A stretch of 64,000 nucleotides of DNA, from positions 918,508 to 982,507 of the forward strand of contig OY970314.1 in assembly GCA_963716475.1 (NCBI GenBank), read 5' to 3'. The position numbers were made by a program, and so were the translations under genes. Source of the DNA: Candidatus Woesebacteria bacterium. GTDB lineage: Bacteria; Patescibacteriota; Microgenomatia; UBA8517. Positions 17,915 through 27,417 of the stretch are shown here, in pieces (the stretch's first letter is position 1; each line of letters begins with the position of its first letter). The notes below the pieces were generated by a model. The model worked only from the letters and a program-made list of their open reading frames with translations. It was not told the origin of the DNA and searched no databases.

Positions 17915-18979
17915 ATGTATTCTCCAAAGTATATAATCTCCAATACAATCCTTAAGAATATTGGTTCGATTGAGGCTAGTAAAGAGGTTATTGAAAACGC
18001 TCCTCTTGTCCCTTCATTTGCCAAACAGTTTGAATCGGATGCACAGGTCCGTACCATCCATCACGGAACCCATATTGAAGGGAATGATTTAACTCTTTTT
18101 CAAACCAAAAAGATTTTGGAAGGACAGGAAGTCTATGCCAGAGCCCGCGATATTCAGGAAGTGGTCAATTACAGGAATGTGATGCAGCTACTTGATGAGC
18201 TCGCGGTTAAAAGGGGAGGGTATGATCCTGATATGCTCAAGGATATTCATAGAGCCACAGTAGACAGGATTGTTATACCCGAAAAGATAGGAGTCTTTAG
18301 GACCACTGAGGTTGTAATTAAAGAAGAGGGAACTGGGAAGATTATTTTTCAACCGCCCCCTTCTCACGAAGTTCCTTACCTCCTTGACGATTTCTTCGAA
18401 TGGCTGAATGATTCTACCGCCCGCGAAACCCACGCAATCCTAAGGGCAGGAATCGCACATTATATTTTGGTGGCAATTCATCCGTTTGTGGAAGGAAACG
18501 GCAGGACGGTAAGGGCTTTTTGTTCCTTAATTTTAATGCGTGAGGGCTATAACATTAAGAAATTTTTCTCGCTTGAAGAGCACTTTGACGAAGACCCCGG
18601 ATCTTACTACGAGGCACTAAGTGCGGTTGACAGACAGTCCCCAAACATTGGAAGCCGGGAGGTTACTCCCTGGCTTGAATACTTTACGGGAGTGGTGGCG
18701 ATTGAGCTAACCAAAATTAAAGACAAAGTCAGGAAACTTTCTGTGGATTCCCGCCTCAGGGTTAAATTTGGTGAGCAGGTTGCTCTCACGGATAGGCAAA
18801 TGCGTTTGATTGAATATATTTCCGACCAGGGATCGGGTGGAATGAATGAACTTAAAAAAGTACTTTCCATGGTTTCGGAAGATACGATACTAAGAGAGCT
18901 TAGGGATTTACTAAATAAGGGTATAATCAAGAAACAGGGAAGCACAAAAGCAAGTAAGTACGTAATTGCAAACAAATGA
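17915..18979 (+). CDS. Fic family protein (Fido domain with C-terminal wHTH)
   Basis: Canonical Fic motif HPFVEGNGRTVR. Confidence 0.8.
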   Translation: MYSPKYIISNTILKNIGSIEASKEVIENAPLVPSFAKQFESDAQVRTIHHGTHIEGNDLTLFQTKKILEGQEVYARARDIQEVVNYRNVMQLLDELAVKRGGYDPDMLKDIHRATVDRIVIPEKIGVFRTTEVVIKEEGTGKIIFQPPPSHEVPYLLDDFFEWLNDSTARETHAILRAGIAHYILVAIHPFVEGNGRTVRAFCSLILMREGYNIKKFFSLEEHFDEDPGSYYEALSAVDRQSPNIGSREVTPWLEYFTGVVAIELTKIKDKVRKLSVDSRLRVKFGEQVALTDRQMRLIEYISDQGSGGMNELKKVLSMVSEDTILRELRDLLNKGIIKKQGSTKASKYVIANK

Positions 18980-19185
18980 GCAGCCTAGATCCACAGTTTT
19001 TGTACATGATTTTGGTTTTGCCAAGCCTTTTTGGACTTACGCTTCTTGGAGAAGGAATATACAAAATAGTTAATGAGGAAAGGGGCGGAATTGTTTCTGT
19101 GGTTTTTGGCTTTATGTTTATTGGAGTAGTAATTTTTGCCTATCTCTTCTTCTCGAGCTATTTGATAGTACATGGGGGAGTGTAA
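18976..19185 (+). CDS. Small two-TM membrane protein
   Basis: Two hydrophobic helices. Start overlaps the stop of the upstream gene. Confidence 0.3.
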   Translation: MSSLDPQFLYMILVLPSLFGLTLLGEGIYKIVNEERGGIVSVVFGFMFIGVVIFAYLFFSSYLIVHGGV

Positions 19186-19229
19186 GACTCTTCGCAATTT
19201 TCACTAAAACGCATATAATCTGAGTTGAC

Positions 19230-20927
19230 ATGAAGTTTCGGGAACTCGCAGAATATCTGGAAAGGTTGGAGGCCACTTCTTCACGCCTCGAAATCACAAG
19301 GATTTTAACTGAGCTTTTTAAGACTTCTTCCGTTTCTGAAATTGACAAGGTAGTTTACTTGTCACTCGGTATTTTGGCCCCGAATTACGAAAGCGTTATC
19401 TTAAATTTGGCGGAAAAAATGATGATACGTACGCTTGCGAAGGCTTATCAAAAAGAGGTGTCCGAGGTTCTCGCTTTATTCAAGAAAATTGGAGACATCG
19501 GGTCGGTGGCCCAGGAACTAGGCAAGGGGCATAAAATATCAGGCTCTACCTTATCAGTAACCGATGTTTATGAAAGACTTTTGGAAATTGCCAAAGATAG
19601 CGGCGGGGGAAGTGTGGAACGGAAAATCGAAAAGACCGCGAACCTACTTGGTAGCCTCGACCCGCTTTCTGTCCGTTTTGTTTCCAGGATTCCGGTAGGA
19701 CGCCTCAGGCTTGGGTTTTCGGAAAAGACGGTAATCGATGCTTTGGCGGGCCACGACGCAAAACTTCAGAAGGAGGTTGAGGAAGCTTATAACATCCGGC
19801 CGGATATCGGCTACATTGCCAAATTGGTTAAAGAAGGGAATCCAAAAGGTGCAAAGCCGCAAATCGGGGTGCCGGTGGTTCCAATGCTTGCACAGCGGCT
19901 GAATTCGACTACCGAAATGATCAAAAAAATGGGAGAGGTTTCGGTTGAGCCCAAATTTGACGGTCTTAGAATTTTTATTCACTACCGTAAAAAGGACAAT
20001 TTCCTCCGGATTTTTACAAGGAATATGAATGCAATTCCCCTGGAAACTTTTCCGGAACTTAAGGAAGTCGGGAAATACATAAAAGCCGAAGAAGTGATTC
20101 TTGATTCGGAGGCAATTGGGGTGGATCCCAAGCGCGAAATGTTTCTGGATTTCCAAAAAACGATTCAAAGGAGAAGAAAACATGATGTAGAAAAAACCGC
20201 AGGCGAAATTCCGCTTCAATTCCAGGTATTTGATCTGATACTTTTCGACGGGCAAAGTCTGATAAACACCCCTTACGTTCAAAGAAGAGAGTTACTTAAA
20301 AAAGCCGTAGTCAACGGAAGCTTACTTCGGGTCGATGAAAATACGGTCACATCCGATGCGGATGTGATAAAAAAGTTTCATCAGAAGTACCTGAAAATGG
20401 GGCTTGAAGGAGTCGTGGTTAAAAGAGCAAATGGGTTTTATGTCAGCGGGCGCGCCGGCTGGAATTGGGTAAAAATGAAAGAGGAAGAAGGACAGGAGGG
20501 CCGCCTTGCCGATACGGTTGACTGCGTGATCATGGGCTACACCACCGGAAAAGGCAAGAGAGTCGGCTTTGGAATGGGACAATTCCTGGCCGGGGTTGCC
20601 GATGGAGACACATTTAAGACTGTCACTAAGGTTGGAACGGGATTAACGGATGAACAATTCAGGGAATTGAAATCGAGACTCACAAAAATCGAGGTTAAGG
20701 AAAAGCCGAAAGAATATGAAGTCAATAAGGATTTATACCCTGATTTTTGGGTGGCACCGCAGGTTCTGATTGAACTTGCGGCCGATGAAATAACAGTCAG
20801 TCCCAAGCACACAGCCGGTCTGGCCTTGAGGTTCCCGCGTCTGATCCAATTCAGGGACGATAAAAGCGCCAAAGACGCAACGACAGTCAGCGAACTTCAC
20901 GATCTTTTTAAGCTACAAAAGGGCTAA
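19230..20927 (+). CDS. ATP-dependent DNA ligase
   Basis: Adenylation motif I EPKFDGLR (KxDG) and the downstream OB-fold region. Confidence 0.85.
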   Translation: MKFRELAEYLERLEATSSRLEITRILTELFKTSSVSEIDKVVYLSLGILAPNYESVILNLAEKMMIRTLAKAYQKEVSEVLALFKKIGDIGSVAQELGKGHKISGSTLSVTDVYERLLEIAKDSGGGSVERKIEKTANLLGSLDPLSVRFVSRIPVGRLRLGFSEKTVIDALAGHDAKLQKEVEEAYNIRPDIGYIAKLVKEGNPKGAKPQIGVPVVPMLAQRLNSTTEMIKKMGEVSVEPKFDGLRIFIHYRKKDNFLRIFTRNMNAIPLETFPELKEVGKYIKAEEVILDSEAIGVDPKREMFLDFQKTIQRRRKHDVEKTAGEIPLQFQVFDLILFDGQSLINTPYVQRRELLKKAVVNGSLLRVDENTVTSDADVIKKFHQKYLKMGLEGVVVKRANGFYVSGRAGWNWVKMKEEEGQEGRLADTVDCVIMGYTTGKGKRVGFGMGQFLAGVADGDTFKTVTKVGTGLTDEQFRELKSRLTKIEVKEKPKEYEVNKDLYPDFWVAPQVLIELAADEITVSPKHTAGLALRFPRLIQFRDDKSAKDATTVSELHDLFKLQKG

Positions 20928-21060
20928 TCGCTTCTTGACCAAGGTACCATTATTGTGAAAAGATAAACGTGTAGAAACTGTTTCAAAATTCGGCATAGCC
21001 TCATTTTGAGAGCTACGCTAGTTTATATGAACAGAATTCATAGGAAGAGGGTGAGTATTT

Positions 21061-21381
21061 ATGGCAGGAACAGGTTTGAAAAAAACAACGTCCGGAGCAC
21101 TAGCTTACGTTTTGGGTCCCGTAACAGGAATAATATTCCTGGTTATTGAAAAGGATCCTTTTGTCAGATTTCATGCAATGCAATCGACCGTGGTATTTGT
21201 GGTCCTTTTTGTATTGCAATGGGTTCTAGGAATAACAATAATTCTTTTTCCTTTGTCAGCACTTATCGGCATTATTGGTTTTGCTCTTTGGCTAATCCTA
21301 ATTTATAAGGCATGGCAGGGAGAAGAGTGGGAAGTCCCGGTGTTAGGCAAAATTGCCAGGAATTTAATTAAAAAAGTTTAA
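21061..21381 (+). CDS. Small membrane protein, DUF4870-like
   Basis: ALAYVLGPVTGIIFLVIEKDPFVRFHAMQS pattern and two or three TM segments. Confidence 0.5.
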   Translation: MAGTGLKKTTSGALAYVLGPVTGIIFLVIEKDPFVRFHAMQSTVVFVVLFVLQWVLGITIILFPLSALIGIIGFALWLILIYKAWQGEEWEVPVLGKIARNLIKKV

Positions 21382-21388
21382 ATTCTAT

Positions 21389-21868
21389 ATGAAACTAATC
21401 ATAGGGTTAGGCAACCCGGGGGGGGAGTATGTAGATACCAGGCATAATGCTGGTTTTTTAGTGGCTGATGAACTTCAGAAAGATAAACTTCCGGTAGGCG
21501 TTGTTGTCAGAAAATCCGATGTATTTATGAATGAATCGGGAAGCTTTGTAAAAAGTCTTGTCAATAAATTCCATCCCGATTTATCCGATCTCTTCATTAT
21601 TCATGACGACCTGGACGTCCCACTTGGGACCTATAAAATACAATTTGGAATCGGTCCCAAGGTTCACAACGGCGTCAATTCAGTTGAAACCGAATTGGGA
21701 ACAAAAGACTTTTGGAGAGTGAGAGTCGGAGTTGACAACAGAAAATCAGATGACAGGACCCAGGGGGAAGAATATGTGCTTCAAAATTTTACGGAAGAAG
21801 AGAGAAAGGTACTTGATTTAACAATCAAGAAAGTGTTAATTGACCTAATTGCTAAAATTGGGACATGA
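21389..21868 (+). CDS. pth: Peptidyl-tRNA hydrolase
   Basis: MKLIIGLGNPG...TRHNAGF is the canonical Pth N-terminus. Confidence 0.85.
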   Translation: MKLIIGLGNPGGEYVDTRHNAGFLVADELQKDKLPVGVVVRKSDVFMNESGSFVKSLVNKFHPDLSDLFIIHDDLDVPLGTYKIQFGIGPKVHNGVNSVETELGTKDFWRVRVGVDNRKSDDRTQGEEYVLQNFTEEERKVLDLTIKKVLIDLIAKIGT

Positions 21869-22170
21869 TAAGCAAGGCTAAACATTTAACTTCAGTAGGG
21901 GATATTCTAAGTAAATATAAGCTCGACGACACGGATAAATATATCAGTAAAGAGTTTCAGAAATATGCTTATGATCTGGCGCAAGAGTTGGGGGACATGG
22001 CCCATAAATCACTCTACATGAGGCTGGCCAAAGAAACTCCCAGAATCCTTCTTGAGAAATCCAGAAGTTTTGTCAAAGATGCCCAAAATGCGAGGAGTAA
22101 AGGACGGCTCTTCATGTGGAAACTACAACAACTGAAGAAAGAAGCGGAAGACAAAAATGCAAAAAAGTAA
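21865..22170 (+). CDS. Hypothetical protein
   Basis: ORF only. Overlaps pth and the downstream gene by 4 and 14 nt (operon). Confidence 0.35.
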   Translation: MISKAKHLTSVGDILSKYKLDDTDKYISKEFQKYAYDLAQELGDMAHKSLYMRLAKETPRILLEKSRSFVKDAQNARSKGRLFMWKLQQLKKEAEDKNAKK

Positions 22171-22468
22171 TTTTTTCGAACAGGTTTATGGTGTTGTAAA
22201 GGAAATTCCGGAAGGAATGGTAATGACTTATGGACAAGTAGCCGCGAGGCTCGGCACGAAAGACGCAAGGCGTGTTGGGCATGCTCTGCATGCGAATAAG
22301 GAAGGCTCAGGCGTCCCGTGCCACAGGGTGGTGAATAAAGACGGCCGGCTCGCTCCCTCTTATGCCTTTGGTGGCTACCATGAGCAAAGGAATAGACTCC
22401 TTGCTGAAGGGGTAAAATTTCTTGACGAACTACATGTGGATATGGATAAATGCGGATGCCGCAATTAG
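22157..22468 (+). CDS. Methylated-DNA--protein-cysteine methyltransferase DNA-binding/active-site domain (Ogt/MGMT family)
   Basis: Active-site motif VPCHRVV. Confidence 0.65.
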   Translation: MQKSNFFEQVYGVVKEIPEGMVMTYGQVAARLGTKDARRVGHALHANKEGSGVPCHRVVNKDGRLAPSYAFGGYHEQRNRLLAEGVKFLDELHVDMDKCGCRN

Positions 22469-22492
22469 TGTTAAAATAAATTAATACCGCAA

Positions 22493-23026
22493 ATGAAACG
22501 CGAGCTTTTTATCCATTTTGCTTTTTGGTTATCTTTCTTCATTTTAATTTCTATTTTCAAACACTTCCTGAGCTTAGGCTACTGGCCGTTCTGGCTCGGG
22601 GGAGCGATCGGAGTTCTTATGCCTGACCTGGATCACCTTATTTATGTTTTCTTTCTGGGCCCTCAGGAGCTTACTTCCCAAAGAGTCGGTTTTCTCTGGG
22701 AAAAGCGTGAGTATAAAAGGCTTATTGAGCTCCTTTATGAGACCAGAAGCGAAAGAAGGGGACTTATCTTTCATACCATATTCTTTCAGGCAATTTTTTT
22801 GATTCTAACTTTCTGGCTTATGAGTTCTTCTGCCTCACTTTTTGGAAAAGGCCTGGTTCTGTCATTTGCCCTCCACCTTTCCGTAGACCAGCTTGTCGAT
22901 TTGGTTGAAATGAAAAATTTAAGTAACTGGACAAAATTTCTGCCGATTAATCTTGATCTTAATAAATCAAAAATCTACTGGTCTGCAGGCATACTCCTGA
23001 CCCTTGCCATGGGTTTTTTTATGTAA
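22493..23026 (+). CDS. Membrane protein, possible DUF457/YdjM-like metal-dependent hydrolase
   Basis: Multiple TM segments and an LMPDLDH motif. Confidence 0.35.
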   Translation: MKRELFIHFAFWLSFFILISIFKHFLSLGYWPFWLGGAIGVLMPDLDHLIYVFFLGPQELTSQRVGFLWEKREYKRLIELLYETRSERRGLIFHTIFFQAIFLILTFWLMSSSASLFGKGLVLSFALHLSVDQLVDLVEMKNLSNWTKFLPINLDLNKSKIYWSAGILLTLAMGFFM

Positions 23027-23039
23027 TTGCATATTATTC

Positions 23040-23220
23040 ATTCTTTGCTTGCCCAAAGAATGAATCAAGAAAAGGCCCGCCGATGGAAATTACATAGTTC
23101 CTCGTCTCGTTCATTCATACAAAAGAACTTCTTCGCCATAAAGGCTCGTCAGACAGCTTTTGTTTCTTAAACGTATTCACTCGGCTCGTCAAAATGTAAT
23201 TTCCAAAGGCGCTGGGGCGG
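23040..23220. repeat. Degenerate copy of the structured intergenic repeat
   Basis: Hairpin cattctttgcttgcccaaagaatg, plus gaaaaggcccgccg and aaaagaact blocks collinear with the type-1 core. Confidence 0.5.
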
Positions 23221-23298
23221 GAAAATCGGATGACAACTCCAAGCGAATTGCAGGGAACCTTTAGGAAATCCTCAGCAATAATTAAGATTTGTAATATA

Positions 23299-24579
23299 AT
23301 GTTACGTCTTATGAACACAATGCTTGAAGCGGCACTTAATCAGATTAAAGACACTTCTCTAATTTTGGGGGAGGATTATCCTGACAAAAAGAGATTTAAA
23401 AAAGCGATTGATACAATTTTGGTTCCCCAAAGGGTGGTTAAGGGAAAAATCTCAATTAAAGGTAAAGACGGCAAAAGAAAGTCATTCCAGGCCTTTAGAA
23501 TCCAGCACAACGATGCCAGAGGACCTTTCAAGGGGGGAATAAGATTCCACCAGAATGTCAGCCAGGACGAAGTTCAGGCTTTGGCTACCCTGATGAGTCT
23601 TAAGTGCGCCGTGGCCGGAATTCCTTACGGTGGAGCCAAAGGGGGAGTAATTGTAGACCCTTCAACCTTGACTAAAGAGGAACTTAAAGATCTTTCTGTC
23701 GAATATGCAAAATTTATCGCGCCTTATATAGGTCCCTGGAAGGATGTTCCGGCGCCTGATGTAAATACAGACGGGCAAATTATGTCCTGGATTCTTGAAG
23801 CCTATGAAAAGAAACATGGAATGCAGGCTCCTGCCACCTTGACCGGAAAACCATTAGAGCTTGGAGGATCTTTGGGCCGTACTGAAGCTACAGGGCAGGG
23901 CGGAGTGTACGTTTTGGAAGCATATGCAAAAGTCAAAAAGATTAATCTCAAAACATCAACCGTAGCCGTTCAGGGATTCGGTAACGTCGGAAGCTATTTT
24001 GCCAAATTCGCATCCGAAGCCGGATTTAAGATTGTGGCAGTTTCGGATTCCTCAAGCGGAATTTACGACGCCAAGGGTTTGGATATAGCGGCACTAGGTA
24101 AATATAAGGAAAAAGGCGGATCTTTCAAAGACTATCCATTGGGGTCCGGCACGAAATTAATCACGAATGGCGAACTTTTGGAGCTTCCGGTTACCATTTT
24201 GGTACCTGCGGCTCTGGAAAATTCGATTACAAAGGAAAATATGCAAGATATCTCTGCAAAGGTGGTTTTTGAAATGGCCAACGGCCCGACCACCAGCGAG
24301 GCAGACAACTATTTACACGAAAAGGGAATAGACGTAATTCCTGATATTTTGACTAATTCCGGAGGGGTTACCGTAAGCTATTTTGAATGGGTACAGAACC
24401 TTAGTGGTTATTATTGGACTTTGAATAGAGTTAATGAAGAGCTTAAAAAGACAATTATTAAGGCCTTTAACGACATAGATAAAATTGTTAAAGAGAAACG
24501 CATTTCATACCGCCGTGCTGCAAATTACCTTTCGATCAAAAGAATAATCGATGCAATGATGCTCCGGGGGAGAGTGTAG
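23299..24579 (+). CDS. gdhA: Glutamate dehydrogenase (Glu/Leu/Phe/Val dehydrogenase family)
   Basis: KGGIRFH, catalytic GGAKGG, and the NAD(P) Rossmann motif GFGNVG. Confidence 0.85.
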   Translation: MLRLMNTMLEAALNQIKDTSLILGEDYPDKKRFKKAIDTILVPQRVVKGKISIKGKDGKRKSFQAFRIQHNDARGPFKGGIRFHQNVSQDEVQALATLMSLKCAVAGIPYGGAKGGVIVDPSTLTKEELKDLSVEYAKFIAPYIGPWKDVPAPDVNTDGQIMSWILEAYEKKHGMQAPATLTGKPLELGGSLGRTEATGQGGVYVLEAYAKVKKINLKTSTVAVQGFGNVGSYFAKFASEAGFKIVAVSDSSSGIYDAKGLDIAALGKYKEKGGSFKDYPLGSGTKLITNGELLELPVTILVPAALENSITKENMQDISAKVVFEMANGPTTSEADNYLHEKGIDVIPDILTNSGGVTVSYFEWVQNLSGYYWTLNRVNEELKKTIIKAFNDIDKIVKEKRISYRRAANYLSIKRIIDAMMLRGRV

Positions 24580-24587
24580 ACAACCTG

Positions 24588-24805
24588 TCTATTTCTTGCT
24601 TGCCCAAGAAATAGACGAAAGAAGGGCCCGCCGAAAGAATTTGATGGCAACTCGCTTCGTTCGTCTAGTGCAAAAGAACTCCCGGCGTATACACTTGGTC
24701 GGACTACTTTTGCATTCAGAGGAATTCACTCAGCTTGCTGAAATCAAATTCTTTAAGGCGATTTGAAATAGCTAAAAGAGCCAGAGTGGATTTGGGGGAA
24801 CAACT
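24588..24805. repeat. Structured intergenic repeat, type 1, copy B
   Basis: Hairpin gtctatttcttg/caagaaatagac and a core near-identical to copies A, C and D. Confidence 0.8.
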
Positions 24806-24821
24806 GTAAAAGTGGGATGCC

Positions 24822-25358
24822 TTATTCTTTGCAACAATCAACAGCTTTTTTGAAGATTTCGGTGAGTTTGTCAAAGGGGGATGTGGTTCCTTTTAATTTA
24901 ACTTCCTTTTCTCCGACAAAGTTAATGCTGCTGTCATCCATTGGGATGTCTCCGATATCAACAACTTTAAGATTAATTGCCCAGAAGAGGGAATAAAGCC
25001 TAAAGGATTTTTGGAATAGTTCCCAAGCCTCTTTTCTATTACCTTTCTTTTCTTCTTTAGTGCCGACTTCCATTAGGCGCATGGAGGCCGCCAGGAGGTG
25101 TTTACTAATACACCAAACCTCTCCTTCGTAGTCTTTAACTATCTTTTTGAGAAGTTCAGTACGCATGCCCCTAACTTCATTGAGAATATCCAGGTATTGG
25201 GGCTTTTCAGTTTTTTGAGCGGTAAAAAACAAATGCTCTTCAATCGAAATGAGATTCATGATGGCGATTGAGAGATCTTCACTTGAGGAAAGATCTACCT
25301 TACCTGTTTTGGTAACGTTTTCGACCTTCTTTATGAGGTCATTGTAGTTTTTAACCAT
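24822..25358 (-). CDS. Hypothetical protein
   Basis: ORF only. Confidence 0.4.
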   Translation of the reverse strand: MVKNYNDLIKKVENVTKTGKVDLSSSEDLSIAIMNLISIEEHLFFTAQKTEKPQYLDILNEVRGMRTELLKKIVKDYEGEVWCISKHLLAASMRLMEVGTKEEKKGNRKEAWELFQKSFRLYSLFWAINLKVVDIGDIPMDDSSINFVGEKEVKLKGTTSPFDKLTEIFKKAVDCCKE

Positions 25359-25435
25359 GAATGTATTTTAGCATTACTTACTTGCTTGGCCAAGCATGTA
25401 ATTTCCAATGGAGTTAAAACAGGAAGATTGGGGGT

Positions 25436-25876
25436 TCAGCGGGTTATGAAGTAGAAAATTAGGCTTGTAACGACCAATGCCAGGACGGGGAAGACAACTT
25501 TTTGGAACGGGAAGAAGATTTTTTTGAATTTCCCTCTCTGATATTTATCTGCCCGGGCCCCGGCAAGAAAAACAATTGAACCGATGATGATTCCAAAAAC
25601 AATCTTATCCATGCCCCAAATGGTATTAAGTTTAATACCGATTATATGGTCTAATTTAAACGGAATGAGCACAAATAAGTACATTAAAATGAAGGTTAGG
25701 AAATAGTAATATTTGGATTTTAACTTGGGCCATTTTTTGGCAATCCAAGCGATTGTTATAAAAGAGAAGGAGAGAATGAATCCTCCGATCCAAATAGAAG
25801 TAATCAAATCATCAATTCCCAAAAGTCGGGAAATACCTAGGCCCGCAATAACGGTGACTGTGCAAACAGGACACAT
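25436..25876 (-). CDS. Membrane protein in the copper operon, with N-terminal MCPVC
   Basis: Four TM segments and an N-terminal CxxC. Start is adjacent to the copZ stop. Confidence 0.45.
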   Translation of the reverse strand: MCPVCTVTVIAGLGISRLLGIDDLITSIWIGGFILSFSFITIAWIAKKWPKLKSKYYYFLTFILMYLFVLIPFKLDHIIGIKLNTIWGMDKIVFGIIIGSIVFLAGARADKYQRGKFKKIFFPFQKVVFPVLALVVTSLIFYFITR

Positions 25877-25878
25877 TT

Positions 25879-26070
25879 TTATGTAATTTTGAAGCCGGAT
25901 TTTTCAACGACCTTCTTAATATTAGCAAAATTTCCATCGCCTTCAACCTCCACGGTCGATTTTGGATAAGAACACTTAGCTTTTATACCGGCATCCTCCA
26001 GATCCAGCTCGAGAAGTGAAGCACAGCTCGGGCAATTCATTCCTTTAATTTTGTAAATTTTTGTGGTCAT
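25879..26070 (-). CDS. copZ: Copper chaperone CopZ (HMA domain)
   Basis: GMNCPSC metal-binding motif, 63 aa. Confidence 0.8.
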   Translation of the reverse strand: MTTKIYKIKGMNCPSCASLLELDLEDAGIKAKCSYPKSTVEVEGDGNFANIKKVVEKSGFKIT

Positions 26071-26094
26071 TTTATTAGATAAGTCAAGCTTTGC

Positions 26095-27096
26095 TTATTC
26101 AATTACATTAAACGATCCTGAGTACATTCCCATACTGCAAGTATAAGTTAAAAGCCCAGTTTTGGTCGGAGTGAACTCCATTGTCTCGGTTCCTGTTTGG
26201 GGTAGGAGTTTATATAAATTAAAAGCGGGAATTGTGAAGGCTCTTGAACAGCCGGCTACACCGTTGGTTACGAGTGTAAGTTTTACCGGTACACCAAGCT
26301 TCAATGTGTTTACGTTAGCCTTATATCCCCCGGATGTGACATTAATCGTGGCTTCCTGAACCCCGGAATTGACTTCCGCCAGAGTGCCTTTTGCTTCACT
26401 TTCGAAAGCAACCTTCCAGTAATTTTGAATTGTATGAAGGGAACCCCTAAGAACCTGTCCGCTATTAATAGAGATAATTCCCATGACAGCTACAACCCCC
26501 GCTGCCAAAACCGAAAGTGCTTTATGTTTAAAGAGTTCGTTGGCTGCCAGTCCGATCAGGAAAAATACCGGAATTGTTCCCAGAATAAAAGCAAACATGA
26601 TCGATGCGGAGATAACGGGGTTACTGGCAGAAACTGCCAAAAGCATCATAGCCTGAGTTACTCCGCAGGGGATAAGTATGGTTAAGGCTCCCAGAAAAAC
26701 CGGAGTAAAAAATGATTTAACTTTAGTTTGATTTCTTAGAATTCTGAATATGAATTTTGGGGGAGTAATCACAAAATGCTTAAAAAACGGGTGGAGGTTA
26801 AGTAAGTTTGCCGCGGTGATAATCATATAAATACCGATTACGATTTGCAGCCATCCTTGGATCCTTGGCGTGATAAGAAGTTTAGACCCGACCATCCCCA
26901 AGACGAATCCGAGAATGGTGTAGGCGATCAATTTGGAAATTACAAATGCTGTTAGCGCCCGGGCTCTTAAGCCTTTTGAAATGTTGATTTCTTCATCGGT
27001 CGCAAGAGCTGATGTCAGAAGTCCTCCTTGGACGGCAAAGCAGGAAATCCCGCCGGTGGTAAGACCCGTAAGAAACGCCAGCCAGTAGTTAGCCAT
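26095..27096 (-). CDS. Polytopic permease (DsbD_2/CcdA-like) fused to a C-terminal cupredoxin-like domain. Probable copper handling.
   Basis: TM1 contains GGISCFAVQGG. The C-terminal roughly 90 aa are beta-rich with Cys and Met (CSMGMYSG). Lies in an operon with copZ. Confidence 0.4.
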   Translation of the reverse strand: MANYWLAFLTGLTTGGISCFAVQGGLLTSALATDEEINISKGLRARALTAFVISKLIAYTILGFVLGMVGSKLLITPRIQGWLQIVIGIYMIITAANLLNLHPFFKHFVITPPKFIFRILRNQTKVKSFFTPVFLGALTILIPCGVTQAMMLLAVSASNPVISASIMFAFILGTIPVFFLIGLAANELFKHKALSVLAAGVVAVMGIISINSGQVLRGSLHTIQNYWKVAFESEAKGTLAEVNSGVQEATINVTSGGYKANVNTLKLGVPVKLTLVTNGVAGCSRAFTIPAFNLYKLLPQTGTETMEFTPTKTGLLTYTCSMGMYSGSFNVIE

Positions 27097-27159
27097 CTTG
27101 ACAATTAGGATAAAGGTAATTTATACTATTGTCAATCCCCCCCCAGGGGATATAAGTAA

Positions 27160-27417
27160 ATGTCAAATACTAAAAAAAGGATTTTGCATAGGTATCAAAT
27201 TGCCAGGGGGCATTTGGAAAAAGTAGTTTCAATGCTGGAAAGTGACGCCTACTGCATCGATATAGTCCATCAATCATTGGCGGTTCAGGCGGCTTTGAAA
27301 AAAGCAGATGACGAAGTATTGAAAAATCATCTTGAAACCTGCGTCTCCGATTCGATTAAAGCGGGGAATAGCAAGGAGGCGATAGGAGAGGTTATGCAGG
27401 TCCTCAAAAAGAGATGA
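27160..27417 (+). CDS. csoR: CsoR/RcnR-family metal-sensing repressor
   Basis: Cys-His-Cys ligand pattern (AYCIDIVHQ...C). 85 aa. Overlaps the copA start. Confidence 0.7.
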   Translation: MSNTKKRILHRYQIARGHLEKVVSMLESDAYCIDIVHQSLAVQAALKKADDEVLKNHLETCVSDSIKAGNSKEAIGEVMQVLKKR